DNA of 64,000 bases from an uncultured Candidatus Saccharibacteria bacterium (GTDB lineage: Bacteria; Patescibacteriota; Minisyncoccia; UBA6257; UBA9933): positions 1,801-65,800 of the forward strand of contig CAZXNT010000002.1 in the NCBI GenBank assembly GCA_964642155.1, read 5' to 3'. The position numbers were made by a program, and so were the translations under genes. Shown here piece by piece: positions 29,776 to 39,965 of the stretch; within the stretch, counting starts at the first letter, position 1, and each line of letters opens with the position of its first letter. A model generated the notes under the pieces. That model was not told where the DNA came from and did no database searches. It saw only the letters and a list, made by a program, of their open reading frames with translations.

Positions 29776-31050
29776 ATGAAATCTTTTGAAAAAATCGCTC
29801 AAATATTGCGTACCGACAAAGATAATATCCGCTTTATAGAAGAGCGGTTTTCGGCCATAACCGGCAAAAAAAATATAATTGACAAAATTGTTGAAGAAAA
29901 CGAAGCGATGATGAAGAGTCGGCTTGATGTTCTTGGCTTAAAAGAAAGCGCGACTGCCAAAGAAATTTATAACGCTTTAATTAGTAAAATTGAAGCGGAT
30001 GATGTTCAATTATTTAAAGTTTTGGGTTCGCCGTTAGTAACAATTTCAAGCGATTGGCAACGGGTTTTGGAAACGGCTCAATCAATAGCCAATAAGCCGA
30101 AAGGTTTTTTTCTTAAAAAAGAAAAAGCAATTGAATTTTTAAAAAATCAGCCGCCGCTGAAAATTCTTAAAACGCTTGGATATAAAGATGTTGGCGCAAT
30201 GGTTCAAAAAGAAAATATTTTTGAAATTTTTAGCGCCTTAAGATTTGTTGAAGGAAGCGATTGGCTCAATAAAGTTTTTTTCAAACAATATGAAAATCTT
30301 AAACCAAGCGATTTTGAAGAAAGAGAAATTGAAGTTTTGGCTTTACCGGAAAGATGGGCGAAAATCGCTCAAGAATTTATCGGGCACAAGCGTCATAATA
30401 TCAGCCATCTAAAAGAGTTGGGATTGATTTATGTTATTCCTTTGTCTTTGGAAATTTCAGGAGAAACTTTAAGAAATTTCGGTTTGATTCTCCATTATTT
30501 TAATGAAGTTCCTTTTTATTCCGACCTTGTTAAAAATTTTAGCGTTGCTGAAAAATCATTCGCAAATAATTTAATATCTTTATTACGCGGCGATGTTCTT
30601 GATGAAAGATTATTGAAATTAGACCCGCCTGCCGGCAAGGCAAATAAATCGCAGTGGCTTATTATCCAAAGATATTTGGCGAAAGATGATGAAAATGATT
30701 GGCGGTTATTTGAGCCGCATTTGAATCCAGAAGCGCTTCACTGGGAAAAAGCCGAGAAAATGTTGGTGAAAGCCGGTGAATCCCTTAATCATTTTTCCAG
30801 CGATATGTCTTTTTGGCAGAATTTGAATTGGGTGGGAGATTATTTCAAAAGCGACACAGGTATTGAAGTTTTGGTAAGTTTTAATTTAATTGATACCACA
30901 ATGTCTTTGGTAAAAGAAAAAGATATGATAAAATATCTGTATCATCACCAGGAAGCGCTTTGGAATAAAATTTTTTCAGAGTATTTTAGCGAAATAGAAA
31001 TGGAAGAAAAAATGAAAGAGAATATAATTAAGGGGTGGTTTCAAATATGA
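29776..31050 (+). CDS. Conserved hypothetical protein
   Basis: 424-aa ORF in operon context between pfkB and fba; no family recognised. Confidence 0.75.
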   Translation: MKSFEKIAQILRTDKDNIRFIEERFSAITGKKNIIDKIVEENEAMMKSRLDVLGLKESATAKEIYNALISKIEADDVQLFKVLGSPLVTISSDWQRVLETAQSIANKPKGFFLKKEKAIEFLKNQPPLKILKTLGYKDVGAMVQKENIFEIFSALRFVEGSDWLNKVFFKQYENLKPSDFEEREIEVLALPERWAKIAQEFIGHKRHNISHLKELGLIYVIPLSLEISGETLRNFGLILHYFNEVPFYSDLVKNFSVAEKSFANNLISLLRGDVLDERLLKLDPPAGKANKSQWLIIQRYLAKDDENDWRLFEPHLNPEALHWEKAEKMLVKAGESLNHFSSDMSFWQNLNWVGDYFKSDTGIEVLVSFNLIDTTMSLVKEKDMIKYLYHHQEALWNKIFSEYFSEIEMEEKMKENIIKGWFQI

Positions 31051-31922
31051 AAACTTTATATCAAATAATACAAGAAGCGGAACAATCGCGAATCGCTATC
31101 GGGCATTTTAATATTTCAGAATGCGTTGCATTGAAGGGAATTTTTAAAGCGGCTCAGGAATTGAATTTGCCGGTAATTATCGGTCTTTCCGAGGGCGAGC
31201 AAAATTTTATGGGGACAAAACGCGCGGCGTTAATGGTAAAAAGTTTGCGCGAGGAATTTAATTGGCCGATTTTTATCAATTCTGACCATACGAAATCATT
31301 AGAGAAAATAAAAGAAGCGGTTGAAGCCGGATTTGATTCGGTTCATTTTGACGGCGGTAAATTATCTTTTGAAGAAAACATTAAAAAAACAAAAGAAGTA
31401 GTTGAATATGTAAAAAGTGTCAATCCGGATATTTTAGTGGAAGCGGAACTCGGGTATCTGGGCGCCAGTTCAACGATTTTAAAGGAAATTCCCAAAGACG
31501 TCGCGATTAAAGAAGAAGATTTAACAAAGCCGGAACAAGCCGCTCAATTTGTAAAAGAAACAGGCATTGATTTATTGGCGCCGGCAGTCGGCAATATTCA
31601 CGGAATGTTTAAAAACGCGCCTAATCCCCACATTGATTCAGCGAGAATCGGGAAAATAAGAGAATTAGCCGGAGTGCCATTGGTTCTTCATGGCGGTTCG
31701 GGAATTCGCGACGAGGAATTTTTAAAAGCCATTGATGCCGGAATATCAATTATTCATATTAATACGGAAATAAGATTGGCCTGGCGACAGGGGATGGAAA
31801 AAGCGTTGGCGGAAAATCTTGAAGAAATTACGCCTTACAAAATTTTGCCGATAACAATTGAAGAAATTAAAAAAATGATTGAGAAAAGAATGAAATTATT
31901 CAGTAAACTGGACAAACAATAA
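31047..31922 (+). CDS. fba: Class II fructose-bisphosphate aldolase
   Basis: DH, VEAELG, AVGNIHG and LVLHGGSG motifs; ATGA overlap with the upstream stop. Confidence 0.92.
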   Translation: MKTLYQIIQEAEQSRIAIGHFNISECVALKGIFKAAQELNLPVIIGLSEGEQNFMGTKRAALMVKSLREEFNWPIFINSDHTKSLEKIKEAVEAGFDSVHFDGGKLSFEENIKKTKEVVEYVKSVNPDILVEAELGYLGASSTILKEIPKDVAIKEEDLTKPEQAAQFVKETGIDLLAPAVGNIHGMFKNAPNPHIDSARIGKIRELAGVPLVLHGGSGIRDEEFLKAIDAGISIIHINTEIRLAWRQGMEKALAENLEEITPYKILPITIEEIKKMIEKRMKLFSKLDKQ

Positions 31923-31942
31923 TAAATTAATATAATAAACTT

Positions 31943-32146
31943 ATGATTGAATTAAAACGAAGACAAGGAGAATCAATAAGTGTTTTTTTACACCGTTTTT
32001 CAACTAAAATGAAACAAAGCGGAATTTTGATGGAATCTAAAAGGCGTCGTTATAAAGACCGTCCGGTGAGCAAGGCCAAAATAAAACGTTCAGCAATCCA
32101 TCGGGCGGTAAAACAGAAGGAATTTGAAGCGGCAAAGAAAAGCTGA
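31943..32146 (+). CDS. rpsU: 30S ribosomal protein S21
   Basis: GES...L.RF...KQSG.L pattern; located upstream of yqeY. Confidence 0.8.
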   Translation: MIELKRRQGESISVFLHRFSTKMKQSGILMESKRRRYKDRPVSKAKIKRSAIHRAVKQKEFEAAKKS

Positions 32147-32160
32147 TAAATTGGAAAGGA

Positions 32161-32625
32161 ATGATTCAACAAAAGATAAAAGAAGATTTAAATATTTTTT
32201 TGAAAGCCGGCAAAAGTTTTGAAGCCGGCGTTTTGCGTTTAATGTTCTCAGTTTTCAAGAATAAAGAAATTGAAAAGCGGGGGAAGGGACAGGAAACAGA
32301 ACTTACAGACGAAGAAATTGTTGACCTCTTAATGAAAGAAGTAAAAAAAAGAAAAGAAGCGGCGGATGTTTATAAGAAGGGTAATAGAGAAGATTTAGCC
32401 GAAAAAGAAATGAAAGAATTGGAAGTTATTAAGAAATATTTACCTAAGGAATTAAGCGCGGAAGAAATTGAAAAAATCGTTGATAAGGCGATTGCGGCAA
32501 CGAGCGCGACAAATATGAAAGATATCGGCAAAGTTATGGCAGAAGCGATGAAAGAGTTGAAAGGCCGAGCCGATGCGTCGGCAGTCGGCGCGATGATTAA
32601 GAAAAAATTAGAGAATGGCAAATAA
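32161..32625 (+). CDS. yqeY: GatB/YqeY domain protein
   Basis: KEVKKRKEA, YLP..LS and DIGKVM motifs. Confidence 0.9.
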   Translation: MIQQKIKEDLNIFLKAGKSFEAGVLRLMFSVFKNKEIEKRGKGQETELTDEEIVDLLMKEVKKRKEAADVYKKGNREDLAEKEMKELEVIKKYLPKELSAEEIEKIVDKAIAATSATNMKDIGKVMAEAMKELKGRADASAVGAMIKKKLENGK

Positions 32626-33040
32626 AATTACGGTTGTTAGTTTGGAAAAGCAATTTAAGAAGTTTGAAAAAGATATCAAAAAGGTTGCGTCGGCGATTTT
32701 TAAAATTTTAAACAAGGATAACGTCGCGGTTGATATTTATTTGACAGGCAACGCGCTGATGCGGCGGTTAAATAAAAAATATCGCGGCAAAGACAAAGCC
32801 GCAAATGTTTTAAGTTTTGTGGAGCCGACAAATTTTCCTCATCCGGAAACAAAGGCGCGTTTTTTAGGCGAAATATATCTCAATTTCCAATTTTCTAATT
32901 TCCTAATTTCTCAATTATTAATTCACGCCATTCTTCATTTACTTGGCTATACTCATAAGGGAAAAAGTGATAGAATGAAAATGGAAAAAAAAGAAAACCA
33001 TGTACATCACCTCTTTAGACATAGGAACTTCGCAAATTAA
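32615..33040 (+). CDS. ybeY: rRNA maturation RNase YbeY
   Basis: LNKKYRGKDK..NVLSF, LGEI and HAILHLLGY.H motifs. Confidence 0.88.
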   Translation: MANKITVVSLEKQFKKFEKDIKKVASAIFKILNKDNVAVDIYLTGNALMRRLNKKYRGKDKAANVLSFVEPTNFPHPETKARFLGEIYLNFQFSNFLISQLLIHAILHLLGYTHKGKSDRMKMEKKENHVHHLFRHRNFAN

Positions 33041-34265
33041 AGCTTTGGTTGCCGAAGCGGGAAAAGGCGGCAAATTATCTTTGATTGCCGCTTTTAAATG
33101 TCCGTCAAGCGGTATTCGCAAAGGGGAAGTAAGCGATATTAACGAATCATCTTTCTCTTTAAAAAGCATTTTTGAAAATTTATTTTCACTTAATAAATCG
33201 GCGTTAAAAAATATTTTTGTGAATATTGGCGGCGCGAACGTTAAATCCCATAATTCAAAAGGGATAGTGGCGGTTTCGCGCGCTGATAATGAAATTTCTC
33301 AAGACGACATTGATAGGGTGATTAAGGCGTCTCAAGCCGTTAAACTATCGCCGAACAGAATGATTATTCATACCGTTACCAGGGAATTTATTATTGATGG
33401 CGTCGGCGACGCGCGGGAGCCGTTGGGAATGTTCGGCGCGCGGTTGGAAGTCAACAGCGCGGTCATAGACGCTCCTTCGCAGAATTATAAAAATATCTCC
33501 AGACTGATTGAAACACTTGGCGGCAAAATAAGCGGATTGATTTACGGGCCTCTGGCGGCTTCCCGTTCAACTCTCGCGAAAATTAAAAAAGATTTAGGCG
33601 CGGTTTTGATTGATATTGGCGGCGGTTCCACCACGATGAGCGTTTATGAAGAGGGAAAACTTTTACATACGGCCGGTTTTCCAATCGGCTCCGGTCATAT
33701 CACCAATGATTTAGCGATAGGCCTTAAATGTTCGGTTAAATTAGCGGAAGTATTTAAAATTTTTTTCGGAAATGCTTTAGCCAAAGAAATTTCCAGCAAA
33801 GAAAAAATATCGCCCAATGACATTGAGGGAAAAATAGGTATGGAAATTTCCGAACTTGACAAAAATTTTAAATCCGTTGTTTCTCGCCGGGAAGTCGCGG
33901 AAATTATAGAAAGCCGGTTGACGGAAATTTTTGAATTTGTTAATAATGAGTTAAAATTAATCGGTAAGAACGGCCGGTTGCCGGCAGGGGTAATACTTTG
34001 CGGTGGCGGAGCAAAAATGTCGTCAATCGTTGATCTTGTCAAAGAAGAATTAAAACTTCCAGCTGAGATCGGATTTCCCGATACCGGTGAAATAGAAATT
34101 ATTGACCAAAATGTCAGCAATGAAATTAATGACCCGGAATTCGCCGTTTCTTTGGGACTGCTTTTACTGGCGAAAGACCAATGGATGAGGAATAACGAGT
34201 GGCCGATTTCCGGCAAGTTTTCTTTTATAAATTTAAAAAAGATTTTTAAATATTTTACGCCTTAA
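33000..34265 (+). CDS. ftsA: Cell division protein FtsA
   Basis: LDIGTS, IDIGGGST and HITNDLA motifs; adjacent to ftsZ. Confidence 0.95.
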   Translation: MYITSLDIGTSQIKALVAEAGKGGKLSLIAAFKCPSSGIRKGEVSDINESSFSLKSIFENLFSLNKSALKNIFVNIGGANVKSHNSKGIVAVSRADNEISQDDIDRVIKASQAVKLSPNRMIIHTVTREFIIDGVGDAREPLGMFGARLEVNSAVIDAPSQNYKNISRLIETLGGKISGLIYGPLAASRSTLAKIKKDLGAVLIDIGGGSTTMSVYEEGKLLHTAGFPIGSGHITNDLAIGLKCSVKLAEVFKIFFGNALAKEISSKEKISPNDIEGKIGMEISELDKNFKSVVSRREVAEIIESRLTEIFEFVNNELKLIGKNGRLPAGVILCGGGAKMSSIVDLVKEELKLPAEIGFPDTGEIEIIDQNVSNEINDPEFAVSLGLLLLAKDQWMRNNEWPISGKFSFINLKKIFKYFTP

Positions 34266-34277
34266 ATTCCAAAAATA

Positions 34278-35441
34278 ATGGCAAAAAGATCTAAAAAACC
34301 AAAAAATATCAATCTGGCGAAAATAAGAATCGTCGGCGTCGGGGGAGCCGGCGGTAATGCCGTGACAAGAATGAGCGATGAATTTCCCCGTGGCACGGAT
34401 TCAGTTGTTATCAATACTGATGCTCAGGATTTGAATTATTGTATTTCCAGAAAGAAAATTTGTATTGGAAAAAATCTTACTAAGGGTTTGGGAACCGGAA
34501 TGAACCCGGATTTAGGCCGCCAAGCAGCCGAAGAAAACCAAGCGGAAATTGCCGAAGCGCTAAGCGGAGCGGATATGGTTTTTTTAACAGCCGGATTCGG
34601 CGGCGGAACCGGAACCGGCGCTTTACCGGTGGTCGCGGAAATCGCCAAAGATTTGGGAATTTTAACCGTTGCCATAGTCACCAAACCGTTTGTTTTTGAA
34701 GGATTTGAACGTCGAAGAATAGCTGAAGAAGGAATAGCGAGAATAAAAGATAAGGTTGACACTTTAATCACCATTCCCAATGACCGGATATTTTCGGTAA
34801 TCAATCAAAATACTCCTTTAATAAAAGCTTTTGAAGCGGTTGATGAGATTCTTAAAAATTCCGTTATTGGGGTTGCTGATTTAATTGCCACTGCCGGGAT
34901 TATCAACGTTGATTTTGCCGATGTAAAAGCCATAATTCAAAACGCCGGTTCGGCGATTATCGGCATCGGCTATTCCAGTGGAGCCGAACGCGCCACAACA
35001 GCCGCTCATTTGGCGATTAATTCTCCTCTGTTGGAAATTTCCATTGACGGAGCGAAAAGAATTTTATTCAGCGTTTCCGGTCATCGCGATTTAAAGATGA
35101 GTGAGATAAACGATGTGGCGAGAATGATTGCCGAACACGCCAATCCTTCGGCAAAAATAATTTTCGGCGCCCATCATGACCGCAAACTTAAAAAGGGGCA
35201 ATTGAAAGTGACCTTAATAGCTGCGGATTTTAACGGAGATGTGGTAAAATCTTCAAACAATGGAATTTTACCAAATCTTTTTATTTCAGAAGAAATTGTT
35301 CCGAAGATTGAAACGCCAATGATAAGCAGTGCCAAAGACGTAAAAAAAAAAGAAAAAGAAGAAATGATAAACGAAGAAAAAAACGGAAATTGGGACGACG
35401 TGTATGATATTCCGGCATTTTTAAGGAAGAAAAAGAAATAA
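34278..35441 (+). CDS. ftsZ: Cell division protein FtsZ
   Basis: GVGGAGGNA, GGGTGTG, NVDFADV and C-terminal DIPAFLR. Confidence 0.98.
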   Translation: MAKRSKKPKNINLAKIRIVGVGGAGGNAVTRMSDEFPRGTDSVVINTDAQDLNYCISRKKICIGKNLTKGLGTGMNPDLGRQAAEENQAEIAEALSGADMVFLTAGFGGGTGTGALPVVAEIAKDLGILTVAIVTKPFVFEGFERRRIAEEGIARIKDKVDTLITIPNDRIFSVINQNTPLIKAFEAVDEILKNSVIGVADLIATAGIINVDFADVKAIIQNAGSAIIGIGYSSGAERATTAAHLAINSPLLEISIDGAKRILFSVSGHRDLKMSEINDVARMIAEHANPSAKIIFGAHHDRKLKKGQLKVTLIAADFNGDVVKSSNNGILPNLFISEEIVPKIETPMISSAKDVKKKEKEEMINEEKNGNWDDVYDIPAFLRKKKK

Positions 35442-35442
35442 T

Positions 35443-38043
35443 ATGTTTAAATTAATCCGCAAACGTAACGGTCAAACAGCGCCGTTTAAAATTGAAAAAA
35501 TAATCAATGCCGTTTACAGGGCTTCTGTTGCGGTTGGAGAGCCGAATTGGCAATTGGCGACGGAATTCTCAAAGGAAGTGTTTCGTCGGTTGCAGAAAAA
35601 AATAAAAAAAGGCGCGATTCCCGCAGTTGAAGAAGTTCAAGATGTTGTGGAACAAGTTTTGATTGAAAAAGTCCATCCTCGTATTGCCAAGGCTTATATT
35701 TTATACCGCCAGCATCGTGCGGAAATAAGAAAAGAAAAAGAACAAGTTTTGAATAAGGAGGAGGTAGATGAAGTTGATAAAAAATTTGACATTAACGCCT
35801 TGAGAGTTTTGGCGTCGCGTTATTTGAGAAAAAGCGATGATGGAAAAATAATTGAATCGCCCAAACAGCTTTTTGAAAGAGTGGCGACGCACACGGCGAT
35901 TTCTTCTCTTTTTTACGATTCCAAGATTTACAAAAAAGCGGGCGGAAATCCGGAACGCCGTTTTGAAGAATTTGAACCGATAAAATTCGCCGGCAAATTT
36001 TCAATAGGTAAATACAAACTTAACCAATTTCATTTGGAAGGAATGAAAAGGATGTATGACCGATTGGCAAAAGAGAAAAAAATAAAAATTTCTTGGCAGG
36101 GTTTTTTAGAGCTTTTTAAAAAAGGATATTTTAACAAGTATGAATCTGAAATTGACGCTTATTATAATTTAATGGTAGAGCGCCGTTTTATGCCCAACAC
36201 TCCGGCTTTGGCGAATTTTGGCAATTATTTCGGAATGGGTTCGGCTTGTTTCGTTCTCGGCATAGAAGATTCCATAGAATCAATAATGGATTCTTTGAAA
36301 GCCGCGGCGATTATTTTCAAGTCTGGCGGCGGAGTGGGATATAATTTTTCTCATTTGAGACCTGAAAATGATTTTATTAAAACCACTGGCGGCGCGTCTT
36401 CTGGTCCAATCAGTTTTATGTCTATGTATGACAATATGACGGATGTGATTAAGCAAGGCGGAATCAGGCGAGGCGCCAATATGGGAATTTTAAACAGCGA
36501 CCATCCGGATATTGATAAATTCATTAAAGCTAAAGAAGGGAATAAAGCTTTGCGGAATTTTAACATTTCAATAATGGTTAAGCCGGAATTCTGGCAATGT
36601 TTAAAAGAAGGCAAAATGTATCCTTTAATAAATCCGAGAAACGGAAAAGTTGTTAAAGAAATAGACCCGAAACAGCTTTTTGATATGATTACTTACCAAG
36701 TTTGGGAATCGGCTGAACCGGGAATTTTGTTTTATGACCGAATCAATGAATACAATCCTTTTGCGAAATCATTGGGGCCGATTGAATGTACTAATCCTTG
36801 CGGTGAAGTTTTACTTTATCCGTTTGAATCCTGTAATCTCGGCTCAATAAATATTTGGGAATATTTAAAGAAAAATGGCGGCAAAAAACCGCATTTTGAC
36901 TGGCAGGCGCTTGAACGCGACGTTAAAATCGCCACAAGATTTTTGGATAATGTGGTGGATATTAATAAATATCCTTCGCCGGAAATTGAAGAAATGAGTT
37001 TAAACACGCGCAAACTTGGGTTGGGCGTAATGGGCGTTGCCGATTTGTTTTTTGAACTTGAAATTCCTTACGCCTCCAAACAGTGTCTAGAATTTATGGA
37101 ACGTTTAATGGAATTCATCAATTATCACGCTAAGCTTGCTTCAGTTGAACTTTCGAAAGCGCGCGGTCGAATGCCATATTTTGATAAGTCATTTTATAAA
37201 GAAGGGAAATTGCCGTTTGCCGGATTTAAAGACAAAAAATCTTGGCATCTTGATTGGAATGGAATCGTGAAAAAAATAAAAAAATACGGCATCAGAAACG
37301 GATTTAACACCGTTATCGCGCCGACCGGTTCAATCTCAATGATTGCCGGAACTTCCAGCGGCATTGAACCGATATTCAGTTTGGTTTTTGAAAAAAGCGT
37401 GGCAATCGGAAATTTTTATTATGTTGACCCGGTGTTTGAAGAAAGAATGAGAAAAGAAGGATTAATGGATGAAGACTTAATAAAAGATGCCTCGGCGTTG
37501 AACGGTAGCATTAAAAACATCACTTATATTCCGGCGAACATTAAAAAGATTTTTTTAACTGCCATGGATATTTCTCCAGTTGACCACATTAAAGTTTTGG
37601 CGGCATTTCAAAAATGGACTGATTCGTCAATTTCAAAAACGAATAATTTTCCGTCGGACGCCTCGGTTGATGATATTAAAAAAGCTTATTTATTGGCTTA
37701 TGAATTGGGGTGCAAGGGCGTAACTGTTTACCGCGATAAATCTTTGAAAAATCAGGTTTTAATCGGCGGGAGCATCAAAAAGAAATTAAAAGAAAAAGAT
37801 TCTTCACAGCATTTAACACTTGTTAAAAAAGATGAAAAAACAAAGGGGATGGCTGTTTATGCCGAAGCTGGAGCTAATATTTCTTTGACTCCGTCCAGTA
37901 GCTTGGGATTGTCGCCGGCTGATAACGGCGATGAGCCGCAAGGAAAAAATTCTTTGAAAATGTGCCCTTCTTGCAATGTCGCGCTCGCGAAGCAGGAAGG
38001 ATGCATCAAGTGCCCGAGTTGCGGTTGGGGACTATGCGGTTAA
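35443..38043 (+). CDS. nrdJ: Class II (B12-dependent) ribonucleotide reductase with ATP cone and C-terminal Cys cluster
   Basis: ATP cone; SACFV, RRGANMG, TNPCGE, IAPTG; CPSC..EGC..CPSCGW. Confidence 0.9.
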   Translation: MFKLIRKRNGQTAPFKIEKIINAVYRASVAVGEPNWQLATEFSKEVFRRLQKKIKKGAIPAVEEVQDVVEQVLIEKVHPRIAKAYILYRQHRAEIRKEKEQVLNKEEVDEVDKKFDINALRVLASRYLRKSDDGKIIESPKQLFERVATHTAISSLFYDSKIYKKAGGNPERRFEEFEPIKFAGKFSIGKYKLNQFHLEGMKRMYDRLAKEKKIKISWQGFLELFKKGYFNKYESEIDAYYNLMVERRFMPNTPALANFGNYFGMGSACFVLGIEDSIESIMDSLKAAAIIFKSGGGVGYNFSHLRPENDFIKTTGGASSGPISFMSMYDNMTDVIKQGGIRRGANMGILNSDHPDIDKFIKAKEGNKALRNFNISIMVKPEFWQCLKEGKMYPLINPRNGKVVKEIDPKQLFDMITYQVWESAEPGILFYDRINEYNPFAKSLGPIECTNPCGEVLLYPFESCNLGSINIWEYLKKNGGKKPHFDWQALERDVKIATRFLDNVVDINKYPSPEIEEMSLNTRKLGLGVMGVADLFFELEIPYASKQCLEFMERLMEFINYHAKLASVELSKARGRMPYFDKSFYKEGKLPFAGFKDKKSWHLDWNGIVKKIKKYGIRNGFNTVIAPTGSISMIAGTSSGIEPIFSLVFEKSVAIGNFYYVDPVFEERMRKEGLMDEDLIKDASALNGSIKNITYIPANIKKIFLTAMDISPVDHIKVLAAFQKWTDSSISKTNNFPSDASVDDIKKAYLLAYELGCKGVTVYRDKSLKNQVLIGGSIKKKLKEKDSSQHLTLVKKDEKTKGMAVYAEAGANISLTPSSSLGLSPADNGDEPQGKNSLKMCPSCNVALAKQEGCIKCPSCGWGLCG

Positions 38044-38048
38044 TCTTT

Positions 38049-39752
38049 ATGCATCTTTTACAAGAAGACATCAAAAAAATAGTGGAATCTACGGGGTTGG
38101 TGAATGAGCATGATTATCAGGTAGCTGAAGAAGAAGCGGTTCGCAGTAACCGTTTGGTTTTGGATATTCTTATCGGTAAGGGATTTATTGATGAAAAATA
38201 TCTCGCCGGAAGCATCGCTAAATTTTTTAATGTTCCGCAAATTAATCTTTCCACAGTTGATTTTTCTCAAGACGTTTTAAAATTAATTCCCGAAGCTTTT
38301 GCTAAAAGCCGCGGCGTGATTCTTTTTGAATTTAATCCGGAAGGAAAACGGGGGAAATTGGCGATGCTTGACCCGGAAGATTTTTATACCATTAATTATC
38401 TTCGGACATTGCTTAACGCCTGGTTGGATATTTATTTAATGTCGCAATCCGATTTAAAATTCGGCCTTAGACAGTATAAAAAGAAAATAAACGAGGAATT
38501 TGGAAAAGTCATTGAAGAAAATCTTAAAGAATCCATAGGGATTGCCGGAGCGCTGGATATGTCCAAAATGATTGAAGCGGTGCCGATAGTCAATATCGTC
38601 AATACGATTATTGAACACGCCGCCACTTTGGGGGCGTCAGACATTCATTTTGAACCCTTTGAAAAAAAATTAACGGTGCGTTATCGCATAGACGGGATTT
38701 TGCAGGAAATTTTAAATTTGCCGCCGGTGATAGCGCCGATTTTAGTGGCGAGGATAAAAGTTATGGCGAATTTGCAGATAGACATTCATAACGCGCCGCA
38801 AGACGGTCGTTTCAGATTTCCCATAGAAGACCAATTTGTTGACGTTCGCGTTTCCGTAATTCCGACTTTTCACGGAGAAAAAGGCGAAATGCGCTTATTA
38901 AAAGGTTCTTTACGGCCTTTGACACTTTATGAATTGGGATTTTCCCAAAATGATTTGCCGAGAATAGAAATAGCGATTAAAAAACCACGCGGAATGATTT
39001 TAGTGACCGGTCCGACGGGGCATGGGAAAACAACGACACTTTATGCCATTTTGGGTATTCTGAATACGCCGAAAGTGAATATTACTTCGGTTGAAGACCC
39101 GATTGAATATGACATCCCGGGCGTTAATCAGACGCAGGTTAATGTCAAAGCCGGTCTCACGTTTGCTTCAGGATTGCGTTCTTTGGTGAGACAAAATCCG
39201 GACATTATTATGGTTGGTGAAATTCGCGATTCGGAAACCGCGGATATCGCTATAAACGCCGCTTTAACCGGCCATCGTTTGCTTTCAACGCTTCATACCA
39301 ATGACGCTCCGACCGCCGTCCCTCGGTTGATTGATTTGGGCGTGCCGCCATTTTTGATTTCTTCAACGCTTAACGTGGTGATTGCCCAGCGCTTGGTGCG
39401 CAGAATTTGCAACGCTTGCGTTCGGTCAATAAAACCAAGCAAAGAATTATTAAACGTGTTACAAAGCCATTTAAAAAGCATGGGCGTAAAAGCGAAAATG
39501 CCGGAAACGATTTATCAGGGTGAGGGATGCGGTATCTGCGGTTTTTCCGGCTATCGCGGACAAATAGGGCTTTTTGAAATTATTTATGTTTCGGATGCTA
39601 TCCGCGAATTGGTTATTGCCAAAGCGTCAACCAATATTATTAAAGACAAAGCGCGCGCCGAAGGAATGAAACTTATGTTTGAAGACGGGCTATCAAAAAT
39701 CGAATCCGGCCAAACTACTTTGGAGGAAGTGTTGAGAGTGGCGGTGGAGTAA
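38049..39752 (+). CDS. pilB: GspE/PilB family type IV pilus assembly ATPase
   Basis: ASDIHFEP, GPTGHGKTTT, VEDPIEY, GEIRD and LHTN motifs; ATG 38049 preferred. Confidence 0.92.
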   Translation: MHLLQEDIKKIVESTGLVNEHDYQVAEEEAVRSNRLVLDILIGKGFIDEKYLAGSIAKFFNVPQINLSTVDFSQDVLKLIPEAFAKSRGVILFEFNPEGKRGKLAMLDPEDFYTINYLRTLLNAWLDIYLMSQSDLKFGLRQYKKKINEEFGKVIEENLKESIGIAGALDMSKMIEAVPIVNIVNTIIEHAATLGASDIHFEPFEKKLTVRYRIDGILQEILNLPPVIAPILVARIKVMANLQIDIHNAPQDGRFRFPIEDQFVDVRVSVIPTFHGEKGEMRLLKGSLRPLTLYELGFSQNDLPRIEIAIKKPRGMILVTGPTGHGKTTTLYAILGILNTPKVNITSVEDPIEYDIPGVNQTQVNVKAGLTFASGLRSLVRQNPDIIMVGEIRDSETADIAINAALTGHRLLSTLHTNDAPTAVPRLIDLGVPPFLISSTLNVVIAQRLVRRICNACVRSIKPSKELLNVLQSHLKSMGVKAKMPETIYQGEGCGICGFSGYRGQIGLFEIIYVSDAIRELVIAKASTNIIKDKARAEGMKLMFEDGLSKIESGQTTLEEVLRVAVE

Positions 39753-39965
39753 AGGGCTTTGTTCCCCCGCGTTGGCGGGGGATTACAAAACCTTTACCCC
39801 GCCCTCTAAGCATATGGAATTAAAACAAGATAATTTATTAAGATTAAATTATGATTTCTGAATTAGTCTTTGTTTAACAGGCATAGAGGGCGGGGTGCTC
39901 AATGTTGTAGTGAAATTTATTTCGCTCGGCATTGAGTCTTGCTCATAAATTTCAACAACATTGGC
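39750..39965. mobile_element. Three-hairpin cassette, copy B (no ORF), spanning the pilB stop to the mutM start
   Basis: TAAAGG..CCTTT; 13-bp IR ACCCCGCCCTCTA/TAGAGGGCGGGGT (39796-39896); 69-nt hairpin 59 of 69 identical to 28629-28697. Confidence 0.65.

Noticed and set aside
35443-38043. Intein or intron in the ribonucleotide reductase
   Set aside because: The catalytic motifs are contiguous; no C/S..HN intein ends or LAGLIDADG motifs are visible.
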